Assembly: GCF_006345805.1 (NCBI RefSeq)
Contig: NC_042998.1
Span: 57,102,001-57,166,000 of the forward strand
From: Octopus sinensis
Taxonomy: Eukaryota
Length of the DNA stretch: 64,000 bases
Direction of reading: 5' to 3'
The notes under the pieces were generated by a model. It was not told the origin of the DNA, did not search any database, and saw only the letters and a list, made by a program, of their open reading frames with translations. Within the stretch, counting starts at the first letter, position 1, and every line of letters starts with the position of its first letter. This document shows positions 62,443 to 64,000 of this stretch, piece by piece. Both the position numbers and the translations under genes were made by a program.

Positions 62443-63504
62443 CTTGTTATAACCTGAGTCTTGATAATCAGAAACTGGCAGAATGTGAAATCCTGCACTT
62501 GTAGAATAATCATGTCCCGTAAGTAGGTGTAGAGAACTGAAGTTGCTTTTTCAGCATCCGATCTTACCACTGCAAATTCAATATTTGTGCGTGAGTAGTA
62601 TTGTAATGTCACATAAACCTGTCTGTTCATGTGGTAAGCCAAGGAATCGATCTAAAAACAAACAAACCAACACAAGATATCGGTCTTCTCTTTTCTTGAG
62701 TAACTCATGAGGATTTGGGATCCACTTTTTCTGGTCATATACGCAATACTTGTTTTTTATTTTCGCTTATGCATATGTCAAAAATTATCCGACGGAAAAA
62801 TACGGTAATCCATATTGTTCTGTTCGGAATATTATCGTTCCCTCTCTTACCGCATTTGTTATTACAAATGGCACTGATGTTGTTATGAGAGTCCATGGCT
62901 TTGCAGCTTCTGTTACTGCTCCTGGCTGTACAAACACTGTCGTGTGTGTTTTGGGTTGCTACTGCTATTTCTATATCGACAGGTACTAAACATGTTATTA
63001 ATATATGTGACTGAGCTATTGTCGTTGCTTCTACCACCGTTACTGATGCTATTCATAATAACGCCGCACTTCTTACTGCTGTGGTAGTCGTTATAGCGCC
63101 TATTGCTGTCGTTGGAGTAGTTGGCATAGTTAACTACTTCGTTCTTAAGTTAATGCCATAATTGATAGGAATGTTTTCATTTTCTGCCGTGATTAACTGC
63201 AATATTGTTTAATCTCATCTTCAAGTAAATTAGTGTTTGTCTGTCCCCAACATCGTCCTCTGTAGAAAGTTCCATGTTTCGTTCTATCTTGACCACCTGA
63301 CTTGAATAGATTCACTTTCAGTTTCCTTTACAATTCAGAATGCTATATAAATCAAAATTTTGCATTTGTCTGTCAGTCACATACCGAGTCGATAAGTGAT
63401 ATAAAGAATTACAATGGATTTTTTCTACTTAATTGGATGATATTAATCACACGTTCTTCATGTATAATGTTATATGTATACTTCCTACCAGTAGACAGGG
63501 CTAT

Positions 63505-63576
63505 TATACTGAGTTCAAATTTCGCCGAGGTTCAGTTTGCTTTTTATCTTTTCGGAGGTAGATAAAATAAGTACCA

Positions 63577-63578
<2 letters not shown>
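63505..63578 (+). mobile_element. SINE fragment (same family, B-box region)
   Basis: ctgagttcaaatttcgccgaggt...ataaaataagtaccagtt. Confidence 0.75.
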
Positions 63579-63620
<42 letters not shown>

Positions 63621-63646
63621 CATTATTATTATTATTATTATTGTTA

Positions 63647-63690
<44 letters not shown>
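63579..63690. repeat. (TTA)n microsatellite, probably the (TAA)n tail of the adjacent minus-strand retroelement end (63691-63815)
   Basis: Direct reading; tail interpretation is inference. Confidence 0.85.
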
Positions 63691-63691
<1 letters not shown>

Positions 63692-64000
63692 TATGTTTGA
63701 CTTTTGCTTTACATTTGCACAAGCTGGCTCCAAGTTTCACCCAGAGACCTCAAGAGACAACAAGTTGGAAGTTCGTGTTGGTGTTATGCCTAGGGTGCCT
63801 AGTATTTGGTTTTGTACTTAGTGTTGTACTAGTGAATGCCTAAAAAAACATACGAAAATTATGTTTGTTTTAAAACTTGAGATTATATAGAAAGTATTTT
63901 GCGTAGGATGTGAGCAGTTCCCATGAGCACTATCTTTTGAATTTCTGCCATTTTTGGGTTTCCTGGTATCTGAGTTAGGTAGCAATCAGCCCCTTTTGCT

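Noticed and set aside
62406-62642. Possible exon of another minus-strand gene (IDSLAYHMNRQVYV...)
   Set aside because: It has a plausible acceptor but no recognisable domain or partner exons.
62735-63190. Thr/Ala/Asn-rich ORFs
   Set aside because: Decayed trinucleotide low-complexity sequence with no coherent frame.

Overview
AT-rich animal genomic DNA; the SINE families and microsatellite load suggest an octopus or other cephalopod (inference). 1.3-23.5 kb (minus strand): a multi-exon astacin metalloprotease gene, assembled by hand from 15 phase-compatible exons (597 aa; first/signal exon not found), with architecture prodomain-astacin-EGF-CUB-MAM and a probable GPI signal. 17-39 kb: decayed transposons (Chapaev-like, mariner, maT/DD37D, RTE, CR1-group), a Neptune-type Penelope element with an inverted pseudo-LTR, and a 362-bp hammerhead-bearing unit present as two circularly permuted, inverted copies. 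Main feature, 39.56-60.53 kb: a 21-kb head-to-tail array inserted in the A-box region of one tRNA-derived SINE (8-bp duplication cagaaacg). It holds one L1/Tx1-clade element (ORF1+ORF2) followed by nine ORF1(gag)-only units of four divergent types, in the order Auto-A-B-B-A-B-B-B-C-D. All ten share a 3' terminal motif; all but type D share a 5' leader; types A-C share a covarying 3'UTR hairpin. A separate 5'-truncated type-C copy with a 16-bp TSD at 27.4 kb indicates that the gag-only units are retrotransposed in trans. Many frameshifts fall in homopolymers and may be sequencing errors.
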